Positions 1 to 10,070 of a stretch of 64,000 nt of DNA are shown here, one piece after another. Location: assembly GCA_050633245.1 (NCBI GenBank), contig JBOEGD010000026.1, forward strand, positions 1-64,000. The letters run 5' to 3'. The first letter of the stretch is position 1. Every line of letters begins with the position of its first letter. The notes below the pieces were generated by a model. The model saw nothing but the letters and a program-made list of their open reading frames with translations, did not search any database and was not told where the DNA came from. The DNA is from Calditrichia bacterium. GTDB lineage: Bacteria > Calditrichota > Calditrichia > RBG-13-44-9 > J075. A program made the position numbers and the translations under genes.

Positions 1-108
1 ATTCCTCCTTTTCAATTACCTTTTAGGTTAGTAGAGTTTAATTATCTACTTCTCCTTTTCAAATACCTTCTAGGTTAGTAGAGTTTAATTATCTATTCCT
101 CCTTTTCA
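1..108. repeat. 47-bp tandem repeat, at least 2.3 copies, truncated by window start
   Basis: Units 1-47 and 48-94 are near-identical (a(t/c)t(c/t)ctccttttcaa(t/a)tacctt(t/c)taggttagtagagtttaattatct); a partial third unit lies at 95-108. Confidence 0.9.
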
Positions 109-312
109 TCCATGTTAGAATTGAGTTCGTTTTTTGCTACTCATGCACTACATTGCCATAATTCTGGCCCCTGAATTAAATGATGCAAATTTTCTGCTCA
201 GGCAGCATCACCGTAGCGCTGCTTTTGATGCCTGATCTGATAAATATAAAATCGCAATCCAATCAAGACCGTTTTTGAAAACCATATGTCTATGCAGACA
301 AAAGGAGGCTTC

Positions 313-1392
313 ATGCAAAAAGGTATACTGCTACTTTTAGCTTGTGTTATGATGTTGAGCCAATTTGCTATTGCTCAGGAACGCACAGTTCTGATTCCCA
401 AACGACTACCCGATATGCCGCTGACTTATGAAGATACAGATGATATCTTTGGTGAATCATATCGCTGGATTCACGAGGGGGCGGTAAACGAAGGTGCAGC
501 AAAACTACGCACGCTCGTAGAAAATGCCGGATTCACGATGGATCCCAACGCATACTATGTTGTTGTTGCAAACTTTACGGATCGCTTTAGTCCGATCGGC
601 CTGTTTCGTGGAGATGGAACCGCAGAAGACAGTGAGTTTCTGCGAACGCGGATGTATGGTTTGAATTCCGATAATCTCTATTTTATTTTTATTACCCGTG
701 AAGCAAACGTAAATGCCTATGTCTCTGTAATGGCTACCGAAAAGGATTCACCATTTAACCAGGCATTATTGCAGGTGCTTGGTCTATTTTTTCCAATTCC
801 CACGAATGCTGCTGCAACGCTCGACAGCCCAAACCGTACGACCTATATTGATGTTAGAAAATTTGATTTGCCGGAAGCCTATCAAGAATTTAGTGACCTT
901 TCATTTATCGTGAAGAAAGAGCTCTCTGATGAAATGGCTATTGCTTCGCAGGTTTTTGACAACACCTCTTTGGAGCAGTGGAGCTTTGGTGTTGCCACAG
1001 CTGTAACCAGCATCGATGACGTGAATATTATTATTGGTGCAGATGGCTCAATTATTATTGAACCCAAGCCAACACTGGATCCTGCCCAATTCCTTACGCT
1101 GAACTATCATTTTTCGCCATTCGATAGCAAGCGTCAGAACTTTGGTAACTCGTTACATGCTCTGGTAGGTATTCGATTAACTAACTATATGGAGGGCATG
1201 GTTGGTGTTGGAGCCAGCTTTGATCTTGGTCTTGCTGCGCTTGGAATTTTTGCCGGATATAGCGTGGAAGTTGCGAATGATTTGCAAGATGGATTTGCTG
1301 TTGGTGATGTGTTGGCAAATCAGGATGTCGATCCATTTAAGACGCGCTTTATTGGAAAGCCACGTATTGGTTTGCAAATAAAATTTCCTTAA
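313..1392 (+). CDS. Secreted hypothetical protein, possibly with a beta-rich C-terminal region
   Basis: Long ORF; AAGGAGG SD before ATG 313; signal peptide ending AIA-Q; no family recognised. Confidence 0.75.
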   Translation: MQKGILLLLACVMMLSQFAIAQERTVLIPKRLPDMPLTYEDTDDIFGESYRWIHEGAVNEGAAKLRTLVENAGFTMDPNAYYVVVANFTDRFSPIGLFRGDGTAEDSEFLRTRMYGLNSDNLYFIFITREANVNAYVSVMATEKDSPFNQALLQVLGLFFPIPTNAAATLDSPNRTTYIDVRKFDLPEAYQEFSDLSFIVKKELSDEMAIASQVFDNTSLEQWSFGVATAVTSIDDVNIIIGADGSIIIEPKPTLDPAQFLTLNYHFSPFDSKRQNFGNSLHALVGIRLTNYMEGMVGVGASFDLGLAALGIFAGYSVEVANDLQDGFAVGDVLANQDVDPFKTRFIGKPRIGLQIKFP

Positions 1393-1399
1393 AATGAAT

Positions 1400-1428
1400 C
1401 GGGCTGCCTCAGTCTTTGGGGCGGCCCG
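1400..1428. terminator. GC-rich hairpin between convergent genes (likely bidirectional terminator)
   Basis: cgggctgcctca-gtctt-tggggcggcccg, 12-bp stem with G-U pairs. Confidence 0.65.
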
Positions 1429-1436
1429 GTATTATT

Positions 1437-2309
1437 CTAGCTCATTACCACACTTCTTTGAACCTTCTCCAATTTTTCCAACCGTTGTTCAACAGCTTGT
1501 TCTCCAGCGCGAATAATTGCCTCAATTTCATTAAACTCATGCCAGAAAAATGACTTTACGTCCGGATTAATAATTAAGTCCATTTCGAATAATGCCTCTT
1601 CCGAAAGAGTATGAGCAGTGATCGTTTTTGTTCGCAGAATGACGTCTAGTACATTGTTAAACTCATTCTCCGGGTGCAGGTTTGGATGAACATCTACTGC
1701 AATTGTAAAATCTGCGCCAAGGTTACGGACAAAGCGTACTGGCAGGTTATGGGTAATTGCACCGTCAACCAGTTTGTGACCATCGATTTCTACAGGTGGG
1801 AAGAAGCCAGGTATGGTTGAGCTTGCAACAACGGCCTGACAAATGCTGCCTGATGTAAATAAATATGGTCTCCCGGTAATTAAATCGGTCGCATTGCAGG
1901 CAAACGGAATTGTTGCAGTGGTAATGTCTTCGTCTTTTATTAACCAGGTAATAGCGTTTTCGAGGCGTTCGCCTTTGAGCAAAGCGGCTCGTTTTGCGCT
2001 GAGTCCCAGCATCAGCCAGTTTTTTACACTGCGTGTGAACTGAGTAACGATATCGTCTGATTTATGAACATGCTTTTTGAGAGCATTTACGCCTAAATCG
2101 CCGAATTCTTTTGTTCTGGTGAACTCATGCAGTTTTTCTTCAACATATTTTGCGTCCGGTGTTTGCGCATACATGGCACCGATTATTGCGCCGAAGCTAC
2201 AACCAACAATAAGATCAACTTCAACTCCTGCCCGTTCCAATGCTTTTAATACGCCAATATGGGCTAATCCACGTGCACCGCCGCCTCCTAAAACCAGAGC
2301 AACCTTCAT
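1437..2309 (-). CDS. Patatin-like phospholipase (RssA/NTE family)
   Basis: GGGGARG oxyanion motif, GCSFG nucleophile, DGA; GGAGG SD before ATG 2309. Confidence 0.9.
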   Translation of the reverse strand: MKVALVLGGGGARGLAHIGVLKALERAGVEVDLIVGCSFGAIIGAMYAQTPDAKYVEEKLHEFTRTKEFGDLGVNALKKHVHKSDDIVTQFTRSVKNWLMLGLSAKRAALLKGERLENAITWLIKDEDITTATIPFACNATDLITGRPYLFTSGSICQAVVASSTIPGFFPPVEIDGHKLVDGAITHNLPVRFVRNLGADFTIAVDVHPNLHPENEFNNVLDVILRTKTITAHTLSEEALFEMDLIINPDVKSFFWHEFNEIEAIIRAGEQAVEQRLEKLEKVQRSVVMS

Positions 2310-2499
2310 CTGTACCTCCATGTATATTGTTTATCATTTTACCGGCAATAAGCCACTCGGTTTCAACAAAAAGTGTAAAATTGATGTGCTACTATTGTCG
2401 AATGTTGAGGGAAAATCTTTATGGAATACAGGCAATCGGGCAATGAGGCAGTCAGAAGCGGTGAGAAAAAAAACTGAGAAAGGGACAGGAGGTTAAGAG

Positions 2500-2521
2500 C
2501 CGTCGACCTATGTGTCGACGG
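2500..2521. repeat. Short palindrome ccgtcgac-ctatgt-gtcgacgg, related to the one at 29789-29810
   Basis: Perfect 8-bp stem; same TCGA-stem/ctrtgt-loop architecture as ggatcgag-ctgtgt-ctcgatcc. Confidence 0.6.
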
Positions 2522-2545
2522 AAAAGAGGCAATCAGTGAAGAGCC

Positions 2546-3505
2546 CTATGTTACGTCACCATTCACCATCTCCCAAAGCTGTTTTATTTCTGTTTCGCTT
2601 GCGGCAGTGCTCTTAACATAGTCAAATGGACGAATTCGTCGATCGAGCCAAAAATTTCCGCTGTGCCCGATAGTTAGCTTAGGCTCATACGCCAGCCAGG
2701 CGATGGCTTCGATGCCCTGTTCCGGAGTGCGTAAAATGGGTCGCATAAAACGATGAAATGTTTTGAGGGAAAAGCGTACACCAGGTGTATCTGCCCAGCC
2801 GGGATGCACGGCAAATACAAGCACGCTCTTATTAATAAACCGCTTTGCCCACTCGCGTGTCAGGTAAAGCTCGGCACGTTTCGTTTCCGCATAAGCTTTC
2901 ACTCCATCGAATATGCGATTTTTCCATTCGACATCTTCCAGATTTAAAGCTGCGCCGTAAGCACCGCCAGAACTAACGTTTATAACGCGTGAGCCTGGTG
3001 TCTTAATCAACAAAGGCTCCATAGCGACAATCATTTTATGATAACCCAACACATTTGTCGCGTATGTTAATTCTAGCCCGGCAGGTGTTTCGCTCCTCTC
3101 CAGTGGTAATACACCCGCATTGTTGATGAGGATATCCAGCTGTTTCTCGCGATCTGTGAATCGTTCGGCAAACGCGTTTATCGATGCGATATCTGACGTG
3201 TCTACCAGCTCTAAAAAGACGCGGCGATGGTTGATGCGACTACAAATATCCAAAACGGCTTTTTTGCCGCGCTCCTCATTTCGGCAAAGCAAATAAACGG
3301 TGGCACCACGACCGGCGAGTCTTTCTGCGAGAGCTTTACCAAGGCCTGCATTTGCACCCGTGATGGCACAAACCTTATTGCTCAGCGTAACTCCGGTGGT
3401 TTCTTTCTGCTGAAACATACGTCTTAAGTAGTAACCGATAGATGAAAAGCTAAACAGGATAGTCTTATCTAGCAGACGATCAAGAAGAGAAGGTTTGAAG
3501 TTCAT
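2546..3505 (-). CDS. SDR family oxidoreductase (DHRS12/retinol dehydrogenase-like)
   Basis: TGANAGLG, NNAG, YAETK, HPGWADT; the upstream PYCPIALL extension is repeat-derived, so the start is moved to 3505. Confidence 0.9.
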   Translation of the reverse strand: MNFKPSLLDRLLDKTILFSFSSIGYYLRRMFQQKETTGVTLSNKVCAITGANAGLGKALAERLAGRGATVYLLCRNEERGKKAVLDICSRINHRRVFLELVDTSDIASINAFAERFTDREKQLDILINNAGVLPLERSETPAGLELTYATNVLGYHKMIVAMEPLLIKTPGSRVINVSSGGAYGAALNLEDVEWKNRIFDGVKAYAETKRAELYLTREWAKRFINKSVLVFAVHPGWADTPGVRFSLKTFHRFMRPILRTPEQGIEAIAWLAYEPKLTIGHSGNFWLDRRIRPFDYVKSTAASETEIKQLWEMVNGDVT

Positions 3506-3535
3506 ATTTAAATGTAGTGGGTTGGTAGAAGGTAT

Positions 3536-3604
3536 GCAATAGGGCAATAGGGCAATCGGGCAATAAGGCAATAGGGCAATCGGGCAATAGGGCAATAGGG
3601 CAAT
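3536..3604. repeat. Octamer tandem repeat (GCAATMRG) x ~8.6
   Basis: Directly visible; same unit at 31911-31957 and 2431-2444. Confidence 0.9.
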
Positions 3605-3644
3605 TTAGTTGGTGCGTCAGCTTTATGCTAAGCAATAGCTCCGT

Positions 3645-4664
3645 TCACCGTTCACCGTTCACCACTGCTAAAGGATCTTTTACTATCTGACACAGCATTG
3701 TGGCATCTCTTCCGGAGTTTTTGGCGTGGTAGAGGGCCTCGTCAGCTGTTTTGATAAAACTACTCAGGGTATGCGTTAGCTGAGGTTGTATGCTGGTGAT
3801 TCCACTGCTTATCGTGACGTGGTCTGAACTTGGAGCACCCTCATGTGGAATTTTTAGATCTTTTACAGCTATTCGCAGCTTCTCTGCGACGCACATAGCG
3901 CCTTCCGTATTTGTTCGTGGGAGGACGCCTACAAATTCCTCCCCACCATAGCGTGCGAAAAAATCTCCGGGTCGCTGTAATTGTTGAGAAAGTGCAGAGG
4001 CAACTGATTTTAGACAGATATCGCCGGCAGGCTGACCATACGTTTCAATAAACAGCTTAAAATAATCGATATCTATCAGCAGAAGTGATAAAACGGACTC
4101 TTCACGGATTGCGCGCTTCCATTCGCGTTCTATGTATTCATCAAACCTTTGGCGATTGTGAACTTCGGTCAGCCTGTCCGTTGCTGAAAGTGCATGAAGC
4201 TGCTCGTTGGCTTGTAATAATCCAGCCTGAGCCTTTAGCAACTCAAGCTCTCGCTTTTTGCGTTGATCGGTCTCGGCCTTCAAGCGTAGAGCAGACTTGG
4301 ATCTGGCTAATAGTTCAACCTGATTTACCGGCTTGCGCAAAAAATCTATTGCTCCCGCGGCAAAAGCCTCTTCTAACAAATGGATATCTTCATTTGCAGT
4401 AACCATTATGATTGGAATATCCTTCAGGTAATCATAGGCGCGGATAATCCGACAGGCTTCAATACCGTTTATCTCCGGCATGTCAAAATCCATCAAAATT
4501 AAATCAACGCTTTCGGCTAAGGGGTCAAATCGACAGTTGTCTAAATAGTCGAGTGCTTTTTCCGCAGAAGAGAGGGCAAGGACTGTTCCGGCATTACCCT
4601 TTTCCAAGAGTCTCTTTAGTAAAAACCTATCGTCAGTTGCGTCATCAACCAGTAGTATGGACAT
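3645..4664 (-). CDS. Response regulator receiver - GGDEF diguanylate cyclase
   Basis: REC (LVDD, D-F-DMP, KP), coiled coil, RPGD I-site, RYGGEEF. Confidence 0.92.
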   Translation of the reverse strand: MSILLVDDATDDRFLLKRLLEKGNAGTVLALSSAEKALDYLDNCRFDPLAESVDLILMDFDMPEINGIEACRIIRAYDYLKDIPIIMVTANEDIHLLEEAFAAGAIDFLRKPVNQVELLARSKSALRLKAETDQRKKRELELLKAQAGLLQANEQLHALSATDRLTEVHNRQRFDEYIEREWKRAIREESVLSLLLIDIDYFKLFIETYGQPAGDICLKSVASALSQQLQRPGDFFARYGGEEFVGVLPRTNTEGAMCVAEKLRIAVKDLKIPHEGAPSSDHVTISSGITSIQPQLTHTLSSFIKTADEALYHAKNSGRDATMLCQIVKDPLAVVNGER

Positions 4665-4839
4665 CGTCTTCCTATCCTGCTTTTTGCTGTTTCACCCGCA
4701 TCTTCAATTAACGGATGCCACAGTTTAAACTTGATTTATCTGCACTTTTGTCGTACTATTCCGCAGCCGGAAGATACATATTACCGGACTATTGCATGTC
4801 GAATAAATTGTATTCGAAGAACCCTTTTCCCATCTGCCT

Positions 4840-6231
4840 ATGCCATTGAATTCCACGATAAAAACAATCGCTATCGGTTCAGATCACGGTGGATTTGAAA
4901 CCAAAAAGCAGCTTTTTGCATTGCTACAGCAACAGGGCTATCAGGTCGAAGACGTTGGTGTGTATAAAGAAGTCTCTGTGGATTATCCGCTTTTTGCATT
5001 TAAGGTTGCGAGTTTGGTTGCCTCCGGAGCCTGCGATTGCGGTATTGTCGTAGATGGTGCCGGGATCGGTTCCTGTATGGCAGCCAACAAGGTGCCGGGA
5101 ATTCGAGCGGCTATGTGTTACGATGTGCAGACGGCTCGCAATAGTCGTGAACACAATAATGCGAATGTGTTAACGCTTGGTGGCAAATTGCTCGACTTCG
5201 CAGTTATTCGCGAAATCGTCAACGTATGGCTTACAACAGAGTGTACTGAAGCGCGGCATTTACGCCGAGCGAATCAAATTATTGATATTGAACGTGGTGG
5301 AATAAACGATTCCTCATCGGCAACTGTGGAGAATAAAGTGAATAACCTGTCCTCAGACGACCTGGCTCAGATTGCCCGGCAAATTACGGAAATCTTGCAG
5401 TCGCAAGGAATTGCATCCGGAAGCGGTTGTACCTGCTGTGGCGGCAGCTGTGGTGGTGGATGTGCTGAAAATGCACCTGAAACCGTACAGGAGCTTATCA
5501 CTATAGGGGCAAGCCGGATTAGCTATCGCGGAGGCAACGGTGATGCGGTTTCCGAAGATCTGGCAGGATATATCGATCATACCCTTTTGAAGCCGGATGC
5601 AACATCTGCTGATGTGCAGGGTCTTTGTGAGGTTGCGCGCCAGCATACGTTTGCTTCGGTCTGCGTTAGTCCAACTTATGTGCCTCTGGCGGCAAAACTA
5701 CTAAAGGGTTCTCCGGTTAAGGTGTGCACTGTTATCGGATTTCCAACGGGAACGCATCAGCCGCAAATAAAGGCGCTTGAAACCCGGCAGGCAATTCGTG
5801 AAGGTGCGCAGGAAATTGACATGGTGATTAATATTGGTGCACTGAAAAGTAGAGACATAGATTTACTATATCGCGATATTCGCTCTGTCGTTGAATCTTG
5901 TCAGGATGGTGGTGCAATTTGTAAGGTGATTATCGAAACAGCACTATTGACCGACGAAGAAAAGGTGATCGCTTCAGAAACAGCTCGGCGTGCGCGTGCC
6001 GACTTTGTTAAAACATCGACCGGCTTCTCGACCGGCGGTGCAACAGCACATGATGTCGCAATAATGGCAAAGGCCGTTCGCGGAAGCGGCATGGGTGTGA
6101 AGGCTTCCGGAGGCATTCGCAGCTTTGAAGACGCGATGGAAATGATAGAAGCTGGTGCAACTCGAATCGGTGCCAGCGCCAGTGTACAGATAGTTAAAGG
6201 TGACCCTAACGTTACGCAATCGGGATATTAA
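4840..6231 (+). CDS. rpiB-deoC: RpiB/LacAB-family sugar-phosphate isomerase fused to deoxyribose-phosphate aldolase through an encapsulation-peptide plus Cys-rich linker
   Basis: [27 protein letters not shown] (RpiB); [36 protein letters not shown] (DeoC). Confidence 0.93.
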   Translation: MPLNSTIKTIAIGSDHGGFETKKQLFALLQQQGYQVEDVGVYKEVSVDYPLFAFKVASLVASGACDCGIVVDGAGIGSCMAANKVPGIRAAMCYDVQTARNSREHNNANVLTLGGKLLDFAVIREIVNVWLTTECTEARHLRRANQIIDIERGGINDSSSATVENKVNNLSSDDLAQIARQITEILQSQGIASGSGCTCCGGSCGGGCAENAPETVQELITIGASRISYRGGNGDAVSEDLAGYIDHTLLKPDATSADVQGLCEVARQHTFASVCVSPTYVPLAAKLLKGSPVKVCTVIGFPTGTHQPQIKALETRQAIREGAQEIDMVINIGALKSRDIDLLYRDIRSVVESCQDGGAICKVIIETALLTDEEKVIASETARRARADFVKTSTGFSTGGATAHDVAIMAKAVRGSGMGVKASGGIRSFEDAMEMIEAGATRIGASASVQIVKGDPNVTQSGY

Positions 6232-6340
6232 AGACAGAACCCAGAACGACATGGTGAGCGGGAGACGGGGTGACCAGATCGGCAGCTAACAGACGGCAGA
6301 AAGCACGTAACGTTGGTCTCGACCCACGGCCCTGAACCTT

Positions 6341-6368
6341 GAACTCTGAACCTTGAACCGCTTTTAAA
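6341..6368. repeat. Heptamer-like (yyTGAAC) short repeats upstream of the BMC-T gene
   Basis: cctgaaccttgaactctgaaccttgaac at about 6331-6358. Confidence 0.5.
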
Positions 6369-6378
6369 GGAGCTTCCA

Positions 6379-6999
6379 TTGGCAGACTTACGATCCTTTG
6401 TAATACTCGATAATCTTCAGCCGCAGCATGCCGCATTTATGGGAACAATTGCCCGTGGATTCCTGCCTCTGGCGGGTATGGCCTCATTGTGGGTAGAGAT
6501 TTCTCCCGGAATTGAGATAAACCGAATTGCCGATATTGCGTTGAAGTCCACTGATGTTACACCGGGAATGCAGATTGTAGAGCGTTTGTATGGGTTGCTG
6601 GAGCTGCATTCCGCATCTCAGGCCAATGTGCGCCAGGCGGGTGATGCCATATTGGAAGCGCTTGAGTTAAAGCTGGAAGATCGTCACAAGCCAAAGATCC
6701 TTTCCAGCCAGACAATCCGACGGGTAGATGATCACCAGACTCAGCTTATCAATCGCATGCGACATGGGAATATGATCATTCCCGGCGAAACGCTATACGT
6801 TATGGAAGTACAACCAGCTGCTTATGCTGCGCTGGCTGCAAATGAGGCGGAAAAAGCCGCAAACATTAATATTTTGGAAGTCCGGGCTTCCGGTAGTTTT
6901 GGCAGACTATACCTTGGTGGCGAAGAACGGGATATTGACGTTGCCCGCCCGGCCGCAGAACAAGCAATCGCCAGCATTTCCGGGAAAGAAGTGAAATAA
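6379..6999 (+). CDS. BMC shell protein, permuted tandem-domain trimer (BMC-Tdp, gated-pore type)
   Basis: [37 protein letters not shown] resemble CcmP/Haliangium T2-T3; TTG start after AAGGAG. Confidence 0.9.
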   Translation: MADLRSFVILDNLQPQHAAFMGTIARGFLPLAGMASLWVEISPGIEINRIADIALKSTDVTPGMQIVERLYGLLELHSASQANVRQAGDAILEALELKLEDRHKPKILSSQTIRRVDDHQTQLINRMRHGNMIIPGETLYVMEVQPAAYAALAANEAEKAANINILEVRASGSFGRLYLGGEERDIDVARPAAEQAIASISGKEVK

Positions 7000-7092
7000 T
7001 TTTTGACTTATGAGTTATGATTCATGAATTGAACATAGCTCATCTAATCATCATTTATCAATCATCATTCATCAATGTTAATGGAGATTCCG

Positions 7093-7398
7093 ATGGCTGA
7101 AGCATTAGGTATGATCGAAACACGAAGTTTTGCTGCCATGGTTGAAGCAGCAGACGCAATGGTAAAGGCAGCCAAGGTAGAACTGGTTAGCTATGAAAAC
7201 ACGGGTGGTGGATATGTAACTGCTATTATCCGGGGTGATGTTGCAGCAGTGCGCGCAGCATGCGATGCCGGACAAACCAGTGCTTCGCGCGTTGGTGAGG
7301 TGGTTTCGGTTCACATTATCGCTCGTCCGCATAATAATGTGGATGCTGTACTTCCTCTTGGAAGAGCCGAAGAAGCAAAGCCCAAAGGTAAACGCTAG
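7093..7398 (+). CDS. BMC shell hexamer (BMC-H)
   Basis: [30 protein letters not shown]; GGAG SD before ATG 7093. Confidence 0.95.
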   Translation: MAEALGMIETRSFAAMVEAADAMVKAAKVELVSYENTGGGYVTAIIRGDVAAVRAACDAGQTSASRVGEVVSVHIIARPHNNVDAVLPLGRAEEAKPKGKR

Positions 7399-7445
7399 CG
7401 CCAGATCAGGTATTCGAATTAGCTAAACATGCAGGAGAATACAGT

Positions 7446-7748
7446 ATGATTCTGGCAAAAGTAGTTGGAACAGTCGTTGCCACTGAAAAAGAAGCAAGCA
7501 TGAACGGATTAAAACTCATGCTGGTTCAGCCGGTTGGGCTTGACGGTAGTGCCGGTAGTGGATTTACCGTAGCGGTAGATGCCGTCGGTTGTGGCGTCGG
7601 CGAAATTGTGCTGTACGCCAGCGGAAGTTCAGCGCGACAAACAGAGGCAACCAATAATCGCCCATGTGATGCGGTAATTATGGCGATTGTTGATAATTGG
7701 GAAGTTGACGGCACGATCAAATATAAAAAAGGGTCCTCCGATCAATGA
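7446..7748 (+). CDS. BMC vertex pentamer (EutN/CcmL family)
   Basis: [13 protein letters not shown]...[11 protein letters not shown]...DAVIMAIVD. Confidence 0.95.
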   Translation: MILAKVVGTVVATEKEASMNGLKLMLVQPVGLDGSAGSGFTVAVDAVGCGVGEIVLYASGSSARQTEATNNRPCDAVIMAIVDNWEVDGTIKYKKGSSDQ

Positions 7749-9175
7749 AGCTAACCAATGAGCAGCTTGAAATTATTGCCCGTCAGGTCGCTGCAAATAT
7801 GGCGGGCGAAAAACCAGCGGCTAAATTCCCTCCCATTTCCGGAAAAAGTGAAGCACCGCTATTTGCTTCGGTAGACGCAGCCGTAGAGGCTGCTCATAAG
7901 GCATATCGACAGCTAGCAGATTTGCCGCTGGCGGTTCGCGATGCCATGATAACCGAAATTCGCAAGGATATGATGACGGAAGCGGAGTCACTGGCTCGAG
8001 AGGCCTATCAGGAAACTGGCTTGGGACGCATCGATAGTAAGATTGCCAAAAATGAGCTGGTAACTTCTAAAACGCCGGGAACAGAAGATCTTACCTCGCG
8101 AAGCTGGAGCGGGGATAATGGATTAACGCTTATCGAACGCGCACCTTTTGGCGTTATCGGAGCGATTACGCCTACGACAAATCCCACATCAACGATTATT
8201 TGTAACTCTATTGGAATGATTGCGGCAGGTAACTCGGTAGTCTTTAACGTTCATCCGAACTCTAAGCACGTTTGCGCCCGCACAATTCGTTTATTGGATA
8301 AAGCAATTGTTCGTGCTGGTGGCCCGGCAAATCTGGTGACTGGAATCGCCGAACCGACCATCGAAAGCGCTCAAACTCTGATGAAGCACAAAGGGGTGCG
8401 TTTGCTTGTGGTAACTGGCGGACCCGGTGTGGTCAAAGAGGCGATGAATTCAGGCAAACGGGCAATTTGTGCCGGCCCTGGAAATCCACCAGTCGTTGTC
8501 GATGAGACAGCGGATATCGCCAAGGCGGCAAAAGATATTGTTTTTGGTGCATCATTTGATAACAACATTATTTGCACGGATGAAAAAGAAGTGTTTGTAG
8601 TAGACAGCGTGGCCGATCACCTTCTTCAGGCCATGCAGGCAAATCGCGCCTATCTGCTTAGTCCGGATCAAATAAAGCAGATTGAAAAGGTGATTTTCAC
8701 CGAACAGCGCGGTCCGGGAAAACCAGCCAAGATGAACAAGAAGTTTATCGGCAAAAATGCCGGCGTTATTCTGGCGGAAATTGGTGTACAGGTGGATGAG
8801 AATGTGCGACTTGCTGTTGCTCCGGTTGATGTGAACCATCCACTGGTATGGACGGAGCAAATGATGCCGGTTCTGCCGGTAGCTCGCGTTCGCAGTGCCG
8901 ATGAAGGAATAGACCTGTCGGTAAAGGCTGAACACGGATTTCGTCACACTGCCAGTATGCACTCCAAAAATATTGAACGGCTTAGCCGCATGGCTCGCGT
9001 TATGGACTGCAGTATTTTCGTGAAGAACGGCCCGAATGCGGCAGGTTTGGGATATGGTGGCGAAGGATATTGCTCGTTTTCCATTGCCAGCCCAACCGGC
9101 GATGGCCTAACCCGGCCATTTAGCTTCACCCGCGAACGTCGCTGCACGCTCGTGGATTACTTTCGAATTGTATAA
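7745..9175 (+). CDS. CoA-acylating aldehyde dehydrogenase (EutE/PduP family) with N-terminal encapsulation peptide
   Basis: [28 protein letters not shown] catalytic Cys, EQMMP; N-terminal amphipathic [10 protein letters not shown] helix. Confidence 0.93.
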   Translation: MKLTNEQLEIIARQVAANMAGEKPAAKFPPISGKSEAPLFASVDAAVEAAHKAYRQLADLPLAVRDAMITEIRKDMMTEAESLAREAYQETGLGRIDSKIAKNELVTSKTPGTEDLTSRSWSGDNGLTLIERAPFGVIGAITPTTNPTSTIICNSIGMIAAGNSVVFNVHPNSKHVCARTIRLLDKAIVRAGGPANLVTGIAEPTIESAQTLMKHKGVRLLVVTGGPGVVKEAMNSGKRAICAGPGNPPVVVDETADIAKAAKDIVFGASFDNNIICTDEKEVFVVDSVADHLLQAMQANRAYLLSPDQIKQIEKVIFTEQRGPGKPAKMNKKFIGKNAGVILAEIGVQVDENVRLAVAPVDVNHPLVWTEQMMPVLPVARVRSADEGIDLSVKAEHGFRHTASMHSKNIERLSRMARVMDCSIFVKNGPNAAGLGYGGEGYCSFSIASPTGDGLTRPFSFTRERRCTLVDYFRIV

Positions 9176-9184
9176 AAGGATTTT

Positions 9185-9790
9185 ATGAAGACCTATCCAG
9201 CCATTGCGCTAATAGAGCTGTCTGGCATTGCGGACGGTATTTATGCCGGGGATGCTATGCTTAAGCAGTCGCCAGTCGCGATGCTAAAAGCCGGTACAAT
9301 AAGCCGTGGAAAATATCTGGTGCTGGTAGGCGGTTCGGTTGCTGCCGTAGATGAGGCCTTTGGACAAGGATTGGCAATTGCGCAAGATTCAATAATTGAC
9401 AGCCTGATGCTGCCGGATATTCACCCCGATGTTTTTGCAGGATTGCTGGAAGAGAAAAAAAATGTTCAAGCAGAAGCGCTCGGGGTTCTGGAAACGGAAT
9501 CGGTAGCCAGCGTCATTGCCGCGGCAGATGCCGCAATCAAAGGAGCGGATGTTTCCGTTAATGAGCTTCGACTGGGAGACAATTTTGGCGGAAAGGGGTA
9601 TCTGTTACTGAGTGGCAAGATCGAAGACGTTGAGATTGCCATGGAGATTGTGTCTGATGTCCTTGCGGTGCGCGGTAAAAAATGCTGTTGCCGAACCATA
9701 GCAAACCTAACGGACGGTATGCGCGAGCACGTGAACGGTGCGCTGCGGTTTAGTCAGTCTGCTTTGCAAATCTTACCGGATGGAGAATAA
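9185..9790 (+). CDS. BMC shell protein, tandem-domain trimer (BMC-T, PduT/HO-T1-like)
   Basis: Two BMC domains: IELSGIADG..DAMLK..GKY and LETESVA..ADAAIK..GGKG. Confidence 0.9.
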   Translation: MKTYPAIALIELSGIADGIYAGDAMLKQSPVAMLKAGTISRGKYLVLVGGSVAAVDEAFGQGLAIAQDSIIDSLMLPDIHPDVFAGLLEEKKNVQAEALGVLETESVASVIAAADAAIKGADVSVNELRLGDNFGGKGYLLLSGKIEDVEIAMEIVSDVLAVRGKKCCCRTIANLTDGMREHVNGALRFSQSALQILPDGE

Positions 9791-9791
9791 C

Positions 9792-10070
9792 ATGCTCCTC
9801 GGAAAAATTATCGGTACCGTAACGCCTGCGATTGTTTATACCGGTTTGCAAGGTGTTCCACTATTGCTGTTGCAGCCGCTAAACAAGCAGCAACAGGAGT
9901 CTGGCAAACCACTAGTTGCGGCAGACGCTACCCGTCAGGCCGGACAGGGAGATTTGGTCTATTACGAAGGCGGCAGAGAAGCGGCAATGGCGCTGGAAGT
10001 GACGTTCGTGCCGGTTGACCATGCCGTTATTGGAATCGTCGATGACGTGAACCTTCGGGAGGACGCATGA
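9792..10070 (+). CDS. BMC vertex pentamer (EutN/CcmL family)
   Basis: MLLGKIIGTV...AADATRQAGQGD...GREAA...DHAVIGIVD; GGAG SD before ATG 9792. Confidence 0.92.
   Translation: MLLGKIIGTVTPAIVYTGLQGVPLLLLQPLNKQQQESGKPLVAADATRQAGQGDLVYYEGGREAAMALEVTFVPVDHAVIGIVDDVNLREDA

Noticed and set aside
1-108. CRISPR array
   Set aside because: Units are contiguous near-identical repeats with no unique spacers, and no cas genes are in the window
3506-3595. N-terminal PYCPIALL repeats on the SDR, and the FPIPDSR ORF at 27546-27728
   Set aside because: These are translations of non-coding 8-mer and 7-mer DNA repeats
9185-9790. PduT-type Fe-S pore cluster in BMC-T
   Set aside because: The pore position reads TISRGKY (Ser, not Cys); the CCC near the C-terminus is at a different site and its significance is unknown
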